Origin: the human T2T-CHM13v2.0 reference genome, Homo sapiens
Direction: 5' to 3' (one strand)
Assembly: GCF_009914755.1 (NCBI RefSeq)
Contig: NC_060927.1
DNA length: 64,000 nucleotides
Of this stretch, positions 47,550-60,349 are shown piece after piece. Position 1 is the stretch's first letter. Each line of letters starts with the position of its first letter. The notes below the pieces were generated by a model, which was not told the DNA's origin, ran no database searches, and worked only from the letters and a program-made list of their open reading frames with translations. Position numbers and translations under genes: made by a program.

Positions 47550-49189
47550 GTGTCTGTCTGGGGCTTCTGCCTGGGGTTTTGCAAAGAGCTACTTATGAAT
47601 ATAGTCTCTCCAGATTCCTTGTTTCAAAGGAAGTGAGCATGAGCTAGCAAGTGTAGCAACCCCACAGCTGATAAACAACTTTGTCTTGGTTTTAAACCAT
47701 CACATCTTCATTTCACATTGGAATAAAGTAAGTGAAACCTGCTACCCCAGCCTTGCCCGTGTGTTCTGTAACCCAGTCTCCTTTGGTTGTGAGGGCTGTT
47801 GTCAGAAATGTTATAAGAAAAGATTATGCATAAATGAAATCAAATGTAAAATTATGCTTATAATGTCACTTGAGTGAAAGGTAAGAGGGTAGAGTCACAG
47901 GCACTCAGCTGGGGTTTACCCACCCATCACTTACCACGCTCATGAGAGTGTGGCACAGGTGAATGTCACCTGACATTGGTGACAGAAGAGAAAAGGCCGG
48001 CATGAAGGCCAGGTAGGGGAGAGGTGCCAGGCTGTGGGGCCAGGCCCTGGGCATGCTGGACCTGTGAGGTCACTGAACATCTAACTGCCCAGGCACTGGC
48101 CCTTTTCACATCAGTTGAGGTAAGAGGATGGGGGAGCACTCTCTGGAAGTCACACTGCGCTGGGAGAATGGAGGAGAGTCTACAACTCACCATCCTAGTG
48201 TAGCTTTTAGAGTGAGATGGACTGTCTTGGAGAGCTAATGAGATGGGAGGAAAGGAGTCCCCCAGGTGCATCTGAGGGCCACAGCCTATGAAGTAACCGG
48301 TGTGTGTGGGAGTGGCCTGTCCCTGTGAGAGGAGAAGTTTAAAGCTATTACAGCTGGTGGCTGCTGCTCAGCCATCCCTCTGCAGAGCAGGCAGGTCCTC
48401 AGCTGCATGTATATCTGAATGTCTTTTGGAGTGTTTAGAGAATCCTCTATGTCTTAGAGATTTTGAAAAGAAAAACAAATTTCAATTCTAATGTTTATTA
48501 GTTTCCCTGAGCCAATTGGAAAAAAAATGTCCTTCACCTCGAAGTTTTAAGTGACACCCAAGGGTAGCCACCAGTGTCTCAGCCACTGAAGCCTTGTGCA
48601 TGCTCCCACTACCAGTTTGATTTGCAGCCTCATGATTGTGTTGTACTAAATGTTCTTTCTTTTGGCCTTGTCCAGTGAAAACGGTTCACATGGCTAACAC
48701 CACTTCTTAAGATACGGGCACCATGTAAAGCTGAGAATGGATTGGGTTTAGTTACTATTGTGCCTCCTCCTCACCCGAGAGGCCCATTTTTCCTGGTTGA
48801 TTCATTAAGTGTATTAGTGCTGTCAGTCGCCTTTGGACAACTCAAATGACAAGTGGCTGTTGTTTCATAAAGAAAATGAAGGCTTTAGATGTGAAACCCT
48901 CCTTTTCTCTTCTGCTTCTCTTAGGTGAAAGATTTTATATTTTTAAAAAAGGGTACATAGTGGTATCCCAGCAGGTGTAGTGTGATAACTGGCATGTTCT
49001 AGGCTATGGTTTCAGTGTGTATGGGCAATTCTTCAAGATGGAAAACCAAGTTTCACTGAGTTGCTGGAGCCGCACTCACCTTTCTCCACATCCCCCACTA
49101 TGGGCTTTCACTTTTCTCCCGGGCTTGAATTTTTTTCACATCCATATTGATTATACATACACACGCACACACACACACATCTGTCAGTG

Positions 49190-49570
49190 AAGTGGCTGAA
49201 TCATGGGTCAGTGCAGCCTCAAACTCTTAGGCTCGAGTGATCCTTTCACATCAGCTTCTCAAATAGCTACGACTACACTACAGGCATGCAATGCTACACC
49301 CAGCCAATTTTAAAATTTTTTTTGTAGAGGCTGAGCCTACTTATATTGCCCAAACTGGTCTTGAACTCATAGGATCCAGCGATCATCCCACCTTGGCCTC
49401 CCAAATTGTTTACATTACAGGTGTGAGCTACCAAACTCAGCCAAAAATATTTTTTAAAGAACAGTTACAACCAAATTATGAGTTATGATTGTGCCACTGC
49501 CCTCCAGCCTGGGCACCAGAGCAAGACCTTGTATCCAAAAACAAAGCAAAACAAAACAAGAACAAAAAAC
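49190..49570. mobile_element. AluJ-like fragment (-) and Alu 3' fragment (+)
   Basis: Reverse partial Alu 49190-49445; forward tail 49480-49570; preceded by a (CA)n-like run at ~49155-49180. Confidence 0.75.
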
Positions 49571-50324
49571 CTTATAACCAAATTAAACTTCAAAGATTGT
49601 GTCATCTGTGTCCCTCTCTGCCCTCCAGTTATCACTGTTAAATATAATGGTTATAGAGAAAACGGTTAGATATTATTAAGAAATTTCTATATCTACTCCA
49701 GCTGAGAATAGGTATTCTGATGTGGCCAAAACATTTTCTCACTGCTACCTTCAGGGTCTAAACTAGCAAACCAAATCAGGACACCTGCAGAGGACAGTTG
49801 GCCATTTTCAAATAGAAACAGAAATACCCCTATTAATGAGAGTAATCCAGTGATTTTCAAAAAGACAAGTCAGACTGAGATGCAGCACAGTCAGGGCACA
49901 ATTACCCTGGAATAATCACTTCACACAGAATGGTTGTGGAGCCTTTCTAAGATGAGCAAATATGGGCAACATTATTCTTGCTTATTTATTCCCAGCCCCC
50001 GCTGCCTGCCTGATTCTGGCCTGATTCTGGCCCGCCTGATAATGGCCACCCCACGATGTGGTCAGCAGTGAGGTGCAGCGTGGTGAGAGAGGGGCTCAGG
50101 GATGGGATGAGGGTCTTTCCCGCATTATGAAAATGCCTAATAAGTTGTTAAAAAGATGTCCAAATGTTCTACTTCCTACCCTTAAATAGCTGCTAAGATG
50201 CATGACACAACAGATCCTGGTAAGGGAAACAGCATGCGCATTTCAAGTCTCAGCTCACTTCTTAATTAGCTGTGATACTCTGGGCATGTGACCCCAACTA
50301 TTCGAGCCTGTTTGCCTGTCCACC

Positions 50325-52143
50325 CAAGACAATCCTAAGCAAAAACAACAAAGCTGGAGGCATCATGCTACCAGACTTCAAACTATACTTCAAGGCTACA
50401 GTAACCAAAACACCACGGTACTGGTACCAAAACAGATATATAGACCAATGGAACAGAACAAAGACCTCAGAAATAACACCACACATCTACAACCATCTGA
50501 TCTTTGACAAACCTGACAAAAACAAGCAATGGGGAAAGATCTTCTATTTAATAAATGGTGCTGAAAAAACTGGCTAGCCATATGCAGAAAACAGAAACTG
50601 CACCCCTTCCTTACACCTTCCACAAACATTATCTCAAGATGGATTAAAGTCTTAAATGTAAAACCCCAAACCATAAAAACCCTAGAAGAAAACCTAGGCA
50701 ATACCATTCAGGACATAGGCATGAGCAAAGACTTCATGACCAAAATACCAAAAGCAATTGCAACAAAAGCCAAAATTGACAAATGAGATCTAATTAAAGA
50801 GCTTCTGCACAGCAAAAGGAGCTATCATCAGAGTGAAAGGCAACCTACAGAATGAGAAAATTTTTGCAATCTATCCATCTGACAAAGGTCTAACATCCGG
50901 AATCTACAAGGAACTTAAATGAATTCACAAGAAAAAAAATCCATCAAAAAGTGGGCAGAGGATATGAACAGACTCTTCTCAAAAGAAGATATTTGACTGA
51001 GTGTGGTGGCTCACGCCTGTAATCCCAGCACTTTGGAACGTGGAGGCAGGTGGATCATGAGGTCAGGAGTTTGAGACCAGCCTGGCCAACATGGTGAAAT
51101 CCCGTCTCTACTGAAAACACAAAAAATTAGCCAGGTATATTGGCAGGTGCCTGTAGTCCCAGCTTCTCAGGAGGCTGAAGCAGGAGAATCACTTGAACCC
51201 GGGAAGCAGATGTTGCAGTGAGCCAAGATCCTGCCACTGCATTCCAGCCTGGGTGACAGAGCAAGACTTTGTCTCAAAGAACAAGAAAATGGAGAAGAAG
51301 AAGAAGAAGAAGAAGAAGGAGAAGAAGACATTTATGTGGCCAACAAATATTAAAAAAAAATCTCATCATCACTGGTTATTAGAGAAAGGCAAATCAAAAC
51401 CACAATGAGATACCATCTCACGCCAGTTGGAATGGCAATTATTAAAAAGTCAGGAAACAACAGATGCTGGTGAGGCTGTGGAGAAACAGAAACGTTTTTA
51501 CACTGCTGGAGGGAGTGTAAATTAGTTCAACCATTGTGGAAGACAGTGTGGTGATTCCTCAAGGATCTACAAGCAGAAATACCATTTGACCCAGCAATCC
51601 CATTACTGGGTATATATCCAAAGGAATATAAATCATTCTACTATAAAGACACATGCACATTTACGTTTATTGCAGCACTGTTTACAATAGCAAAGACTTG
51701 GAACCAACCCAAATGCCCATCAATGATAGACTGGAAAAAGAAAATGTGGCACATATACACCATGGAATACTATGCAGCCATAAAAAAGAATGAGTTCATG
51801 TCCTTTGCAGGGACCTGAGTGAAGCTGGAAACCATTATCCTCAGCAAACTAACACAGTAACAGGAAACCAAACACCATATGTTCTCACTCATATGTGGGA
51901 GTTGAACAATGAGAACACATGTACACCGGAAGGAAACATCACACACCGGGGCCTGTTAGGGGGTTGGGGTCAAGGGGAGGGAGAGCATTAGGACAAATAT
52001 CTAATGCATGTGGGGCTTAAAACCTAGATGGCAGGTTGATAGGTGCAGAAAACCACCATGGTACATGTAAACCTATGTAACAAACCTGCACGTTCTGCAC
52101 ATGTATCCCAAAACTTAAAGTAAAACAAAGAAACAAACAAAAA
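50325..52143 (+). mobile_element. 5'-truncated L1PA (ORF2 3' part plus 3'UTR)
   Basis: [42 protein letters not shown]; 3'UTR ends CACATGTATCCCAAAACTTAAAGTAAAA. Confidence 0.93.
50995..51320 (+). mobile_element. Alu inserted in L1, with (GAA)n tail
   Basis: TSD AAGAAGA(T/C)ATTT; (AAG)n run at ~51293-51327. Confidence 0.9.
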
Positions 52144-52445
52144 TGCACTAACGCTCAGGGTGAGTGGGGTAGGGGCCGGGGTGGGGCGCGGGTGGGTGGG
52201 TCCTGGTGTTTTATTCAATCAGTGGCGCTGGTGTGGGAACCACCCAATCAGGCACACAGTTTGAGAAGAGAGGAGGGTGTGGCTTCCGGCGTTTGGTGGG
52301 GCCTTTGTCTCTCGCTGGTGCTGGTGCAGGAGCTTGAGATCCATCTCCTTTTTTACCTCCTCCACCTTGGGAAATCCAGACAACTCCCTCACAGCCCCTG
52401 TTGCCCTGTGATCTGTAGGTCCTTGGGGACGCATAGTTAAGGTGC

Positions 52446-52790
52446 TGTTACCATGGGGCGGTCCTTGCTCCCAGAGCTCCCAAGATGGTGGCAGGCCACT
52501 TCCTTAATTTTGGCAGACCATTTCCAAGATGGTGGCAAGCCTCCTGTTCTCTGACCTGGGGCTCTTGGCCTCACGGATTCCAAGGAATGGAATCTTGAGC
52601 CATGCGGTGAGTGTTATAGCTCTATTAGAAGCTGTGGGTCACGGAAGAGAACCGTGGAACCCAGTGACTAGTGTTCAGCTTGATTAGGATGAACCCAGGC
52701 ACTTAGCTGTGCAGGAACAATGGCAAGCCTTTAGCCCTATTGGGAGTGACAATGGGTGCTTCGCTGGATCAGGAGCACAGAGGACACCTT
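52446..52790 (-). mobile_element. HERV-W LTR17 fragment (R-U5), truncated against an Alu fragment (52791-52888, -)
   Basis: Reverse strand AATAGAGCTATAACACTCACCGCATGG..ATTCCATTCCTTGGAATCCGTGAGGCCAAGA..GGTAACA. Confidence 0.75.
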
Positions 52791-52889
52791 GCTAGCCAGG
52801 ATGGTCTTGATCTCCTGACATCGTGATCCGCCCGCTTCGGCCTCCCAAAGTGCTGGGATTACAGGTGTGAGCCATCGCGCCCAGCCAAG

Positions 52890-54185
52890 AACTGTCTTCA
52901 CAAAAATTGGTGCTGGGGAAATTAAGCACCCACATGTAAAAGAATGAACCTGGGCCCTTCACTTATACTGTAAGAAAAAATTAACTAACTGGATCAAATA
53001 CCTAAATGTAAGAGCTAAAACTACAAAATTCTTAGAATAAAATATAGGGGAAACACGTCATAACACTGGATTTGGCAGTTTTTTTTTTAAACAGGACACC
53101 CAAAACACAAGAAACAAAAGAAAAATTGACGAATAGGAATCTGTCCAGAATATGCAAAGAACAATTCAGCAACAATAAAACAAACTACTTGTTTAAAATA
53201 TTGGCAAAAACTTAAGCAGACATTTCTCTAAAAATTATGTAAAGTGGCTAATAAGCACATGAAAAGACGCTCAACAAAACTCATCATGAGTGAAATGCAA
53301 ATCTAACCCCAAATGACATATCACTTAATACCCATCAGCATAGCTACTACCAAAAGACAAAAAACAAAACAGAAAATCAGAAGTGTTGGTGAGGACGTGG
53401 AGCAATTAGAATCCTTGTACACTGTTGGTGGAAATGTAAAATGCTGCAGCTGCTATAAAATAACAACACAATAACTAAAAAATTTACACATAAAATCACC
53501 ATACGATCCAGCAATTTCATATCTGGGTATGCAGCAAAAGATATGAAAGCAAAGACACAAAATAATACACATATACCTAGGTTCATAGCAGCATTACTCA
53601 CATCACCAAAAAGGTGTTTGAATTACTCAAGTGTTGTTTGAATTACCATCAATGAATAAATAGATAAAATGTGATTTATACATACAGTGGAATGTTATTC
53701 AGCTATGTAAAATAAGGAAATTCTGACACATGGTACGTCATGCATGAACCTTAAGGACATTGTGCAAAGTGACATGAGCCAGTCATAAAAGGACAAATAC
53801 TGAATCATTCCACTTATGAGATACTTAGAGTAGTTAAATTCTAGAAACCCAAATAGAAGAGTGGTTCCTAGGAGCTAGAGGGAGAGTAACAAGGAGCTTA
53901 TTTAACGGGTATAGAGTTTTGTTTCTGCAAGTTGAAAGAAGGTCCCTATGAGTGGTAATGACAGTTGCAAAACAATGTGAAAGTAGTTAATTTTTCTGAG
54001 CTGCACACTTAAAATAGCTAAAATGGTTAATTTTATGTATACTTTACCACAATGTAAAAAATAATTTTAAATAAACTATAGCTATCTGCAATATCATGAA
54101 TTAATATCATAAATATAATGTTGCATAGAAGAAAGTAGATGTAAAAGTATACATATTACACAATCTCACTTATATAAAATCCAAA
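52890..54185 (+). mobile_element. Old L1 (L1MB-like) 3' portion
   Basis: ORF2 end and 3'UTR motifs (AGTGTTGGTGAGGACGTGGAG, ACACTTAAAATAGCTAAAATGGT). Confidence 0.8.
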
Positions 54186-54267
54186 AAGTGAACACAACTG
54201 AGCTTCTGGCTTCCAGTAATAATGAAGTAAAGTAATTTGTTGAATACTTCACAGATAACTATAACAA

Positions 54268-54844
54268 ACCTCTTTGGTCACAGGGCTGCAGCACTGCAAT
54301 CCCAGCATGCACCAGGCTCAGGGAGAGTGCGCTAATCACTGGAGGAAGGGACGAGGTTCCGCGCATCTCGCTGGTCTTGCTGGGAGATGCAGTCTCATAA
54401 ACACTCCCAGCCCTTTGGTCACAGGGCTGCAGCACTACAATCCTAGAATGCACCGGGCTCCGGGAAAGTGCGCGTCACTGGAGGACGAGGCAGGGCTGTG
54501 CGCGCCTCCCTAGGATTGTTGGAAGATGCACTCTCATAAACACTCCCAACCCTTGGGTCAAAGGGCTACAGGACTACAATCCCAGCATGCACCAGGCTCC
54601 AGGGCGAGGGGCAACCCTGGAAGAAGGGGCAGAGTGGTACCCGCCCCACCTAATATGCTGGGAGCTGTAGTCCGTTAACTACTCTCAGCCTGTTTGTCGG
54701 TAAGCTTCAGAGCTATAATCCCAGCATGTACCAGGATCCGGGGTCCATAGCCCTGGAGGGAGGGGCAGAGCGGTGTGGACTTCCCGGTGTCCGAAGCACT
54801 GCTGAGTTCTGATGCTCTGCCGACTCTTTGCAAGGAGAGTGAGT
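54268..54844. promoter_or_regulatory. Four ~140-bp tandem units carrying ZNF143/SBS-like motifs; candidate promoter with first-exon donor
   Basis: ACTACAATCCCAGCATGC-like motifs at 54291, 54432, 54571, 54711; reverse copies at ~54378, ~54517, ~54655; ACTTCCCGG at ~54779; GTGAGT at 54839-54844. Confidence 0.7.
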
Positions 54845-57800
54845 ACAGAGGTGCACCTGGAGGGCAGGTCTGGGCTGAGCATTGAGGAGGGTATTACCCT
54901 ACGAAGATACCTTACCTTTTCCCAAATCGGGCGGGTTGTCCTCACCTGCTTGGCCCTATCCTTCTCAGGTTCCTCTTTCAGTTGCACCCAGGGTTCTTTC
55001 CAGAGCAGTACATCTTTTGCAGCCCAGGGCGCTGCCTTCTTTCCCAAACTGCGTGAAAAATTTCCTGATGTCCAAGACACTGTCCATAGTGCCGCAGCCC
55101 TCTTTTTTCTCTAGCCAGAGCACGCACTCAATCGTTTTTGAGAGAAATCTTCCACCTGGCCTGCTTGTGAGCAGCTTCAGAGCTCTGCAGGGGTGACAAG
55201 GGCTGTGGCTTCCTGGAAAGGTCACTTTCAATGGCGCCTTTTTCACGAATGTGAAAGTCTAGGCATCAGAAAGGTTAATTATTGGGTTGCATAAAATCTG
55301 CTAAGAGCAAAGGAAAAACCCCATTTCCGAGGCGTGAGTCTTGTGAGCCATTTTCATCAACCCATTTAAGTGGACCAGCTCCAAAATGCAACCTGAAGCT
55401 ACTATTTAGGCATTTTACACTTGAAATCATTGGTCTCATCTCAAGTCAGGCCTGGCTTGCCAGTGGCTCAGAGCCACAAATGGGACCTGATACCTCAGGA
55501 ACAGATAGTGTTCCAGCTTTACGGGAGCAACTTTTAAGATGTGGAGCACTTGGGGTCATTTGAAACCCGCTATCTTCAGTAGGGACTTTTACTTCTACAG
55601 AGCATGTGCATTTTGATTTTATCTGTCCTCAAGCTGACCTTTGTTCATTTTAATAGTAAAAAACACATTCCTGGGTGGAGATTTAAGATGCTAGTGAGGC
55701 ATGCAATGTATGCACAAATATGTACAGCTACTGCACATGTGTACCCAGAAGACCAGTCAGAACATGCTTACTATAACACTTCTTTCCACCTTCTTATGAA
55801 ATAATCATGCAAAACTCCCATAAAGAGGGTTTCTCCAGCAATAATTAATGCTGTCTCACTTTTATGAGCAGGCTGCCCTGGAATCTCTTTCTCAGACTGT
55901 ACCGTCTATTCTGCACTTAATTTTCAAAATATTCTCTTTTTTTTTTGCAATAAATTATGCTGTACTTCTTTTGCTGTGTGTCTCTTGTTTAAATTCTTTT
56001 AAACTAAGAAGATAAGAACCAAGGTATTACATCAGCCATCAACATTTCTGGTGCCATGACCTGGGGAGAGGTTTGTCTGCTTCATTAATTTCAGTTTCCC
56101 TTTACTTGCAGTGAATACTATGGCAGTTCCAGACTACCTGGTTAACTATCGCTGCTTGTTCCAGCGCTGTTTCAGTAAAGTTCTGGGGGAAACGTTTTTA
56201 AGTCACCTGCATTCTTTAGAGAGAGAATATATGTCCGCTCTCCTTTTCGCTGCTGCTTCTGTAGCATCGATAAATATGCTAACCACATGGGTTGCCCTCA
56301 ACATTTCATATTTGGGCTATTTGCCGCTTAGTTTCACATCTTTCTGGCCACAGTTTGGACTCAGCTTATCGTTTGCTGTCCGTTCAGCAATACTCGATCG
56401 CCACCTAGTGGCTATTGTAATTTATTTTCTGGTCAGGTTTTCTGTTTACAAAATTTTTGTTTTGTTTTGAGCAGCACATTAAGGAGAACCCTGTCCCTTC
56501 AGGCTTTATGCATTTCCCAGCTCCTTGAAATTGTTCTTCAGCAGGCTTTCTTTGCTGAACAAAAGATGCACAGTCATATAGATGCCCAGTCGTAGGGATT
56601 GCATCTGAGCATTCCAGGTGTTGTAATTGGGCGTCACAAATGGCAAACCAGTGAATTAGGGCAAGGCTTGTCAGCCAGACATCTGCCCCCCAGCCCGCAG
56701 TGGGGGTCATCTCGGTAGGGCTGGAGATGTCCACCGCTGGGGGGAGCTAGGACGGTGTATGGCAAATGCCTATGACCTCCTAGAGCTTCAGTTAATGGGG
56801 TTTCGAGGGGATGCGCTGGACCCCTTGATGTTTTCACTTGGCTCATGAGGATGCCCACAACCTCCTGGACTTCAGTAAATGTTCTGTCATTGCAGGATTC
56901 TCTCGGCACCGTGGGAGCCGCTTCCTCTACTGTCACTGAAACACCCCTGGGATGTATATCTAAAAATTAGAACAGCTTTTGGCTAAATGAACTTAGAAAA
57001 AAGAAAACCTTATCTTCTTTTGTAACACTATTTAGCCTGCCTACAGATTAGCTGACAAAACATGGCTGGAGAATGAGACTGTGAACTTTAACTCCATCCT
57101 ACAGCTAGATCTTTTCTGTAGTAATCAGGGAAAATGGTCTGAAGTATCCTATGTGCAAGCCTTTCTGGCCTGACAACAAAATCCAGCTCTATGCAGCACC
57201 TGTGGGCTAAAGCCTAGTAAGCCAGAAAGCCCCTCAGAACAATGGGAAGATCATCTCTTATTAAGGGGAAGGGACCCCAGACCCCACAGCCCAACACCAG
57301 CTCCAGACAGGGGCCCTCAAGGGTCCACACCTCTTTTAGAATCCCCAGCATCCCCACACTATCAGAGTCTTCTGTAGAATCTAAGCTTGTTTCACCTCCT
57401 CCTTATGCTCCTTTCCATCGGCCTTTGCCAGGTACAATAGAGACCAGCACAGCTGCAGTTACTCACAGTGGGACTTCACACCATCCAGGGCCAGAGAAAT
57501 TGCTCCCCTTACAGAAAGTCCCAAATGGAGAGAGGACCATCAGAGTGCTTGTTCTACTCTCAATAAATGATCTAATCCAATATAAGCAACAACTCTGATG
57601 GCCCTCAGACAACTTCAGCGTATTTACTGAAGGCTTCCAGGCTCTAACTTTGACCACCATTCAACTGTACCATCCACAAATGGACCGAATGACTGCTGCC
57701 AACTTAGCTGCACAAAATTTTGCTTATTAGCAAAAAATAGAAAATACTTAAAACGTTTGCTGCTTTCACCATTTTAATGCAAAATACTTTTGCAGCATAA

Positions 57801-58526
57801 ATGTCACCATAAGGTGGAGCCTTGGGAATCCAGTATAAACTATCTCAGAAAACCTCAATGGGTCCGCAACAAGCAGCAGAGGGCCTCAATAGACTTCAAC
57901 AATGTCTGGACTCCATGGACACTGTAGTCCGACAAAAGCAAAGAGCCTGGGATCTTCTCCCAGCTGGGCAAAGAGGAACATGTTTATATCTAAAAGAAGA
58001 ATGCTGTTTTTGAGATCAATCAGCCCGGTTTAGTCCAAGAAAATATTAATAATATCATCACCCAGGCAGACAAAATTGAATCTCTAGGAACTTCCATGGG
58101 ACCATGAAAGCAATGTCTATTACCTGCCTTACTCTCTTTAATAGTAACAGCCATTACTGTACTTTCAGCTTTTACTTTTGTTCCAATTTTGTTTAAAATG
58201 TTAACTGATTTCTTGCTCTCTTGCTTACGGCAACTCCATGTTTGCATGATGGTTTTGCAAGGCTTTCAACATTTGGCTGTCAACATCTTGCCCACTGGTT
58301 CCACGAATTACATGGTTTACACCCGGTTAGATCACACAGGAAGAAACTTTAGGGCCCAGACTAGGCAGAAATAACACCCACTCAGCAGGAAACAGCTCCA
58401 GAAAAAGTGACCTAGCCCCTCAACCTCCAATATGATTATGACCCTAAGATCTCTTAGGGGGAAACTGAGGCAGAATAGATCAGAATAGATAGTCAAGAAA
58501 ATGACCATGATCTCGGGATACAGAAA

Positions 58527-59490
58527 TGTGGGGAAAAGAAAGAGAGATCAGACTGTTACTGTGTCTATGTAGAAAGAAGTAGACATAAGAGACTCCATTT
58601 TGCTCTGTACTAAGAAAAATTCTTCTGCCTTGAGATGCTGTTAATCTGTAACCCTAGCCCCAACCCTGTGCTCACAGAGACTTGTGCTGTGTCAACTCAA
58701 GGTTTAATGGATTTAGGGCTATGCAGAATGTGCTTTGTTAAAAAGGTGCTTGAAGGCAGTATGCTTGTTAAAATTCATCACCACTCTCTAATCTCAAGTA
58801 CCCAGGGACACAATACACTGTGGAAGGCCACAGGGACCTGTGCCTAGGAAAGCCAGGTATTATCCAAGGTTTCTCCCCATGTGACAGTCTGAAATACGGC
58901 CTCCTGGGAAGGTAAAGACTTGACCATCCCCCAGCCCGACACCCATAAAGGGTATGTGCTGAGGAGGATTAGTAAAAGAGGAAGGCCTATTTGCAGTTGA
59001 GATAAGAGGAAGGCATCTGTCTCCTGCTCATCCTTGGGCAATGGAATATCTCGCTGTAAAACCCGATTGTATGTTCTATTTACTGAGATAGGAGAAAACT
59101 GCCTTAGGGCTGGAGTTGAGACATGCTGGTGGCAATACTGTTTTTAATGGATGGAGATGTTTGTATACATGCACATCAAGGCACAGCAACTTTTCTAACC
59201 TTGTTTATGACACAGAGACATTTGTTCACATGTTTTCCTGCTGACCCTCTCCCCACTATTACCCTATTGTCCTGCCACATCCCCCTCTCAAAGATGGTAG
59301 AAATAGTGATCAATAAATACTGAGGGAACTCAGACCAGCGCCAGCGTTGGTCCTCTGTATGCTGAGCGCCAGTCCCCTAGGCTCACTTTTCTTTCTCTAT
59401 ACTTTGTCTCTGTGTCTCTTTCTTTTCTCAGTCTCTCATTCCACCTGATGAGAAACACCCACAGGTGTGGAGGGGCAGGCCACCCCTTCA
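58527..59490 (+). mobile_element. Solo HERV-K(HML-2) LTR, LTR5B-type, nested in the 3' LTR
   Basis: TGTGGGGAAAAGAAAGAGAGATCAGAC...GGCCACCCCTTCA; flanks CAGAAA / TTGAAA. Confidence 0.93.
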
Positions 59491-59671
59491 TTGAAACTGT
59501 GGTAACTGTACAGCCAAGACAATGAGCCTTAGCATTCGCATTGTAATTCGGCTCATTCAAGCAAAGCTATCTTCATTAAGGACTTTCTGTTCCAGAGAGC
59601 ATGTGCATTTTGATTTTACCTGTCCTCAAACTTAACTTTTGCTTATTTTAATAGCAAAAGATACACCCCCC

Positions 59672-59969
59672 AGCTGGGCACGGTGGCTCACACCTGTACT
59701 CCCAGCACTTTGGGAGGCTGAGAAGAATGGATCACTTGAAACCAGAAGCTCAAGACTAGACTGGTCAACATAGTGAAACCCCATTTCAACTAAAAATACA
59801 AAAATTAGCCAGGTATGGTGGTGCATGCCTGTAATCCCAGCTACTCAGGAGGCTGAGCATGAGAATGGCTTGAACTTGGGAGGGAGAGGTTGCAGTGAGC
59901 AGAGATTGCACCACCACACTCCAGCCTGGGCAACAGAGCGAGACTCTGTCTCAAGCAAACAAACAAAAA
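59672..59969 (+). mobile_element. Alu nested in the same 3' LTR
   Basis: Full dimer; ATACACCCC / ATACACTCC flanks. Confidence 0.9.
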
Positions 59970-60349
59970 TACACTCCTGGCTAGAGGTCTAAGATGCTAA
60001 TGAGACATGCAAAATATGAATAAGCATGTACAGCTACTGCACATGTGCACCCAGAAGACCACTCAGAACAGGCTTACTAGCAGCTCCTCTTCCCCCCTCC
60101 TTACTAATAATAATGTAAAACTCCCATAAGGGGGTTTCTCCAGCGACAATCCACGCTGTCTCACTCTTATGAGCAGCCCGCCCTGGAATATCTCTCTCAC
60201 GGTGTACTGTATTCTGCACTTAACTTTCAAAAATTTTTTTTTCCTTTTCCAATAAATTATGCTGTACTTCTTTTCTGTGTGTCTCTTGTTTAAATTATTA
60301 TAAACTAAGAAGACAAGGACCACGGTATCACATCAGCTCTCAACACAGC

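Larger units (their letters stand above)
55560..60345 (+). mobile_element. Deleted ERV1 provirus (MER84-like LTRs; gag and env remnants, no pol seen)
   Basis: 5' LTR ends CAGCCATCAACA at 56044; tRNA-His-like PBS TGGTGCCATGAC at 56049; gag WLENETVNFNSILQLDLFC..GKWSEVSYVQAF; env TM RQKQRAWDLL..GTCLYLKEECCF; PPT AGGGGGAAAC 58456-58465; 3' LTR 58466-60345 homologous to the 5' LTR. Confidence 0.8.

Noticed and set aside
50272-50577. 101-aa ORF with L1 ORF2 similarity
   Set aside because: Fragment of a 5'-truncated L1 with stops; not autonomous.
54685-55246. Cluster of 93-131 aa ORFs next to the ZNF143 array
   Set aside because: No recognisable domain; overlapping on both strands; probably first-intron sequence.
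57822-58374. Syncytin-like env gene
   Set aside because: Only a TM remnant; stop right after CX6CC; SU absent.
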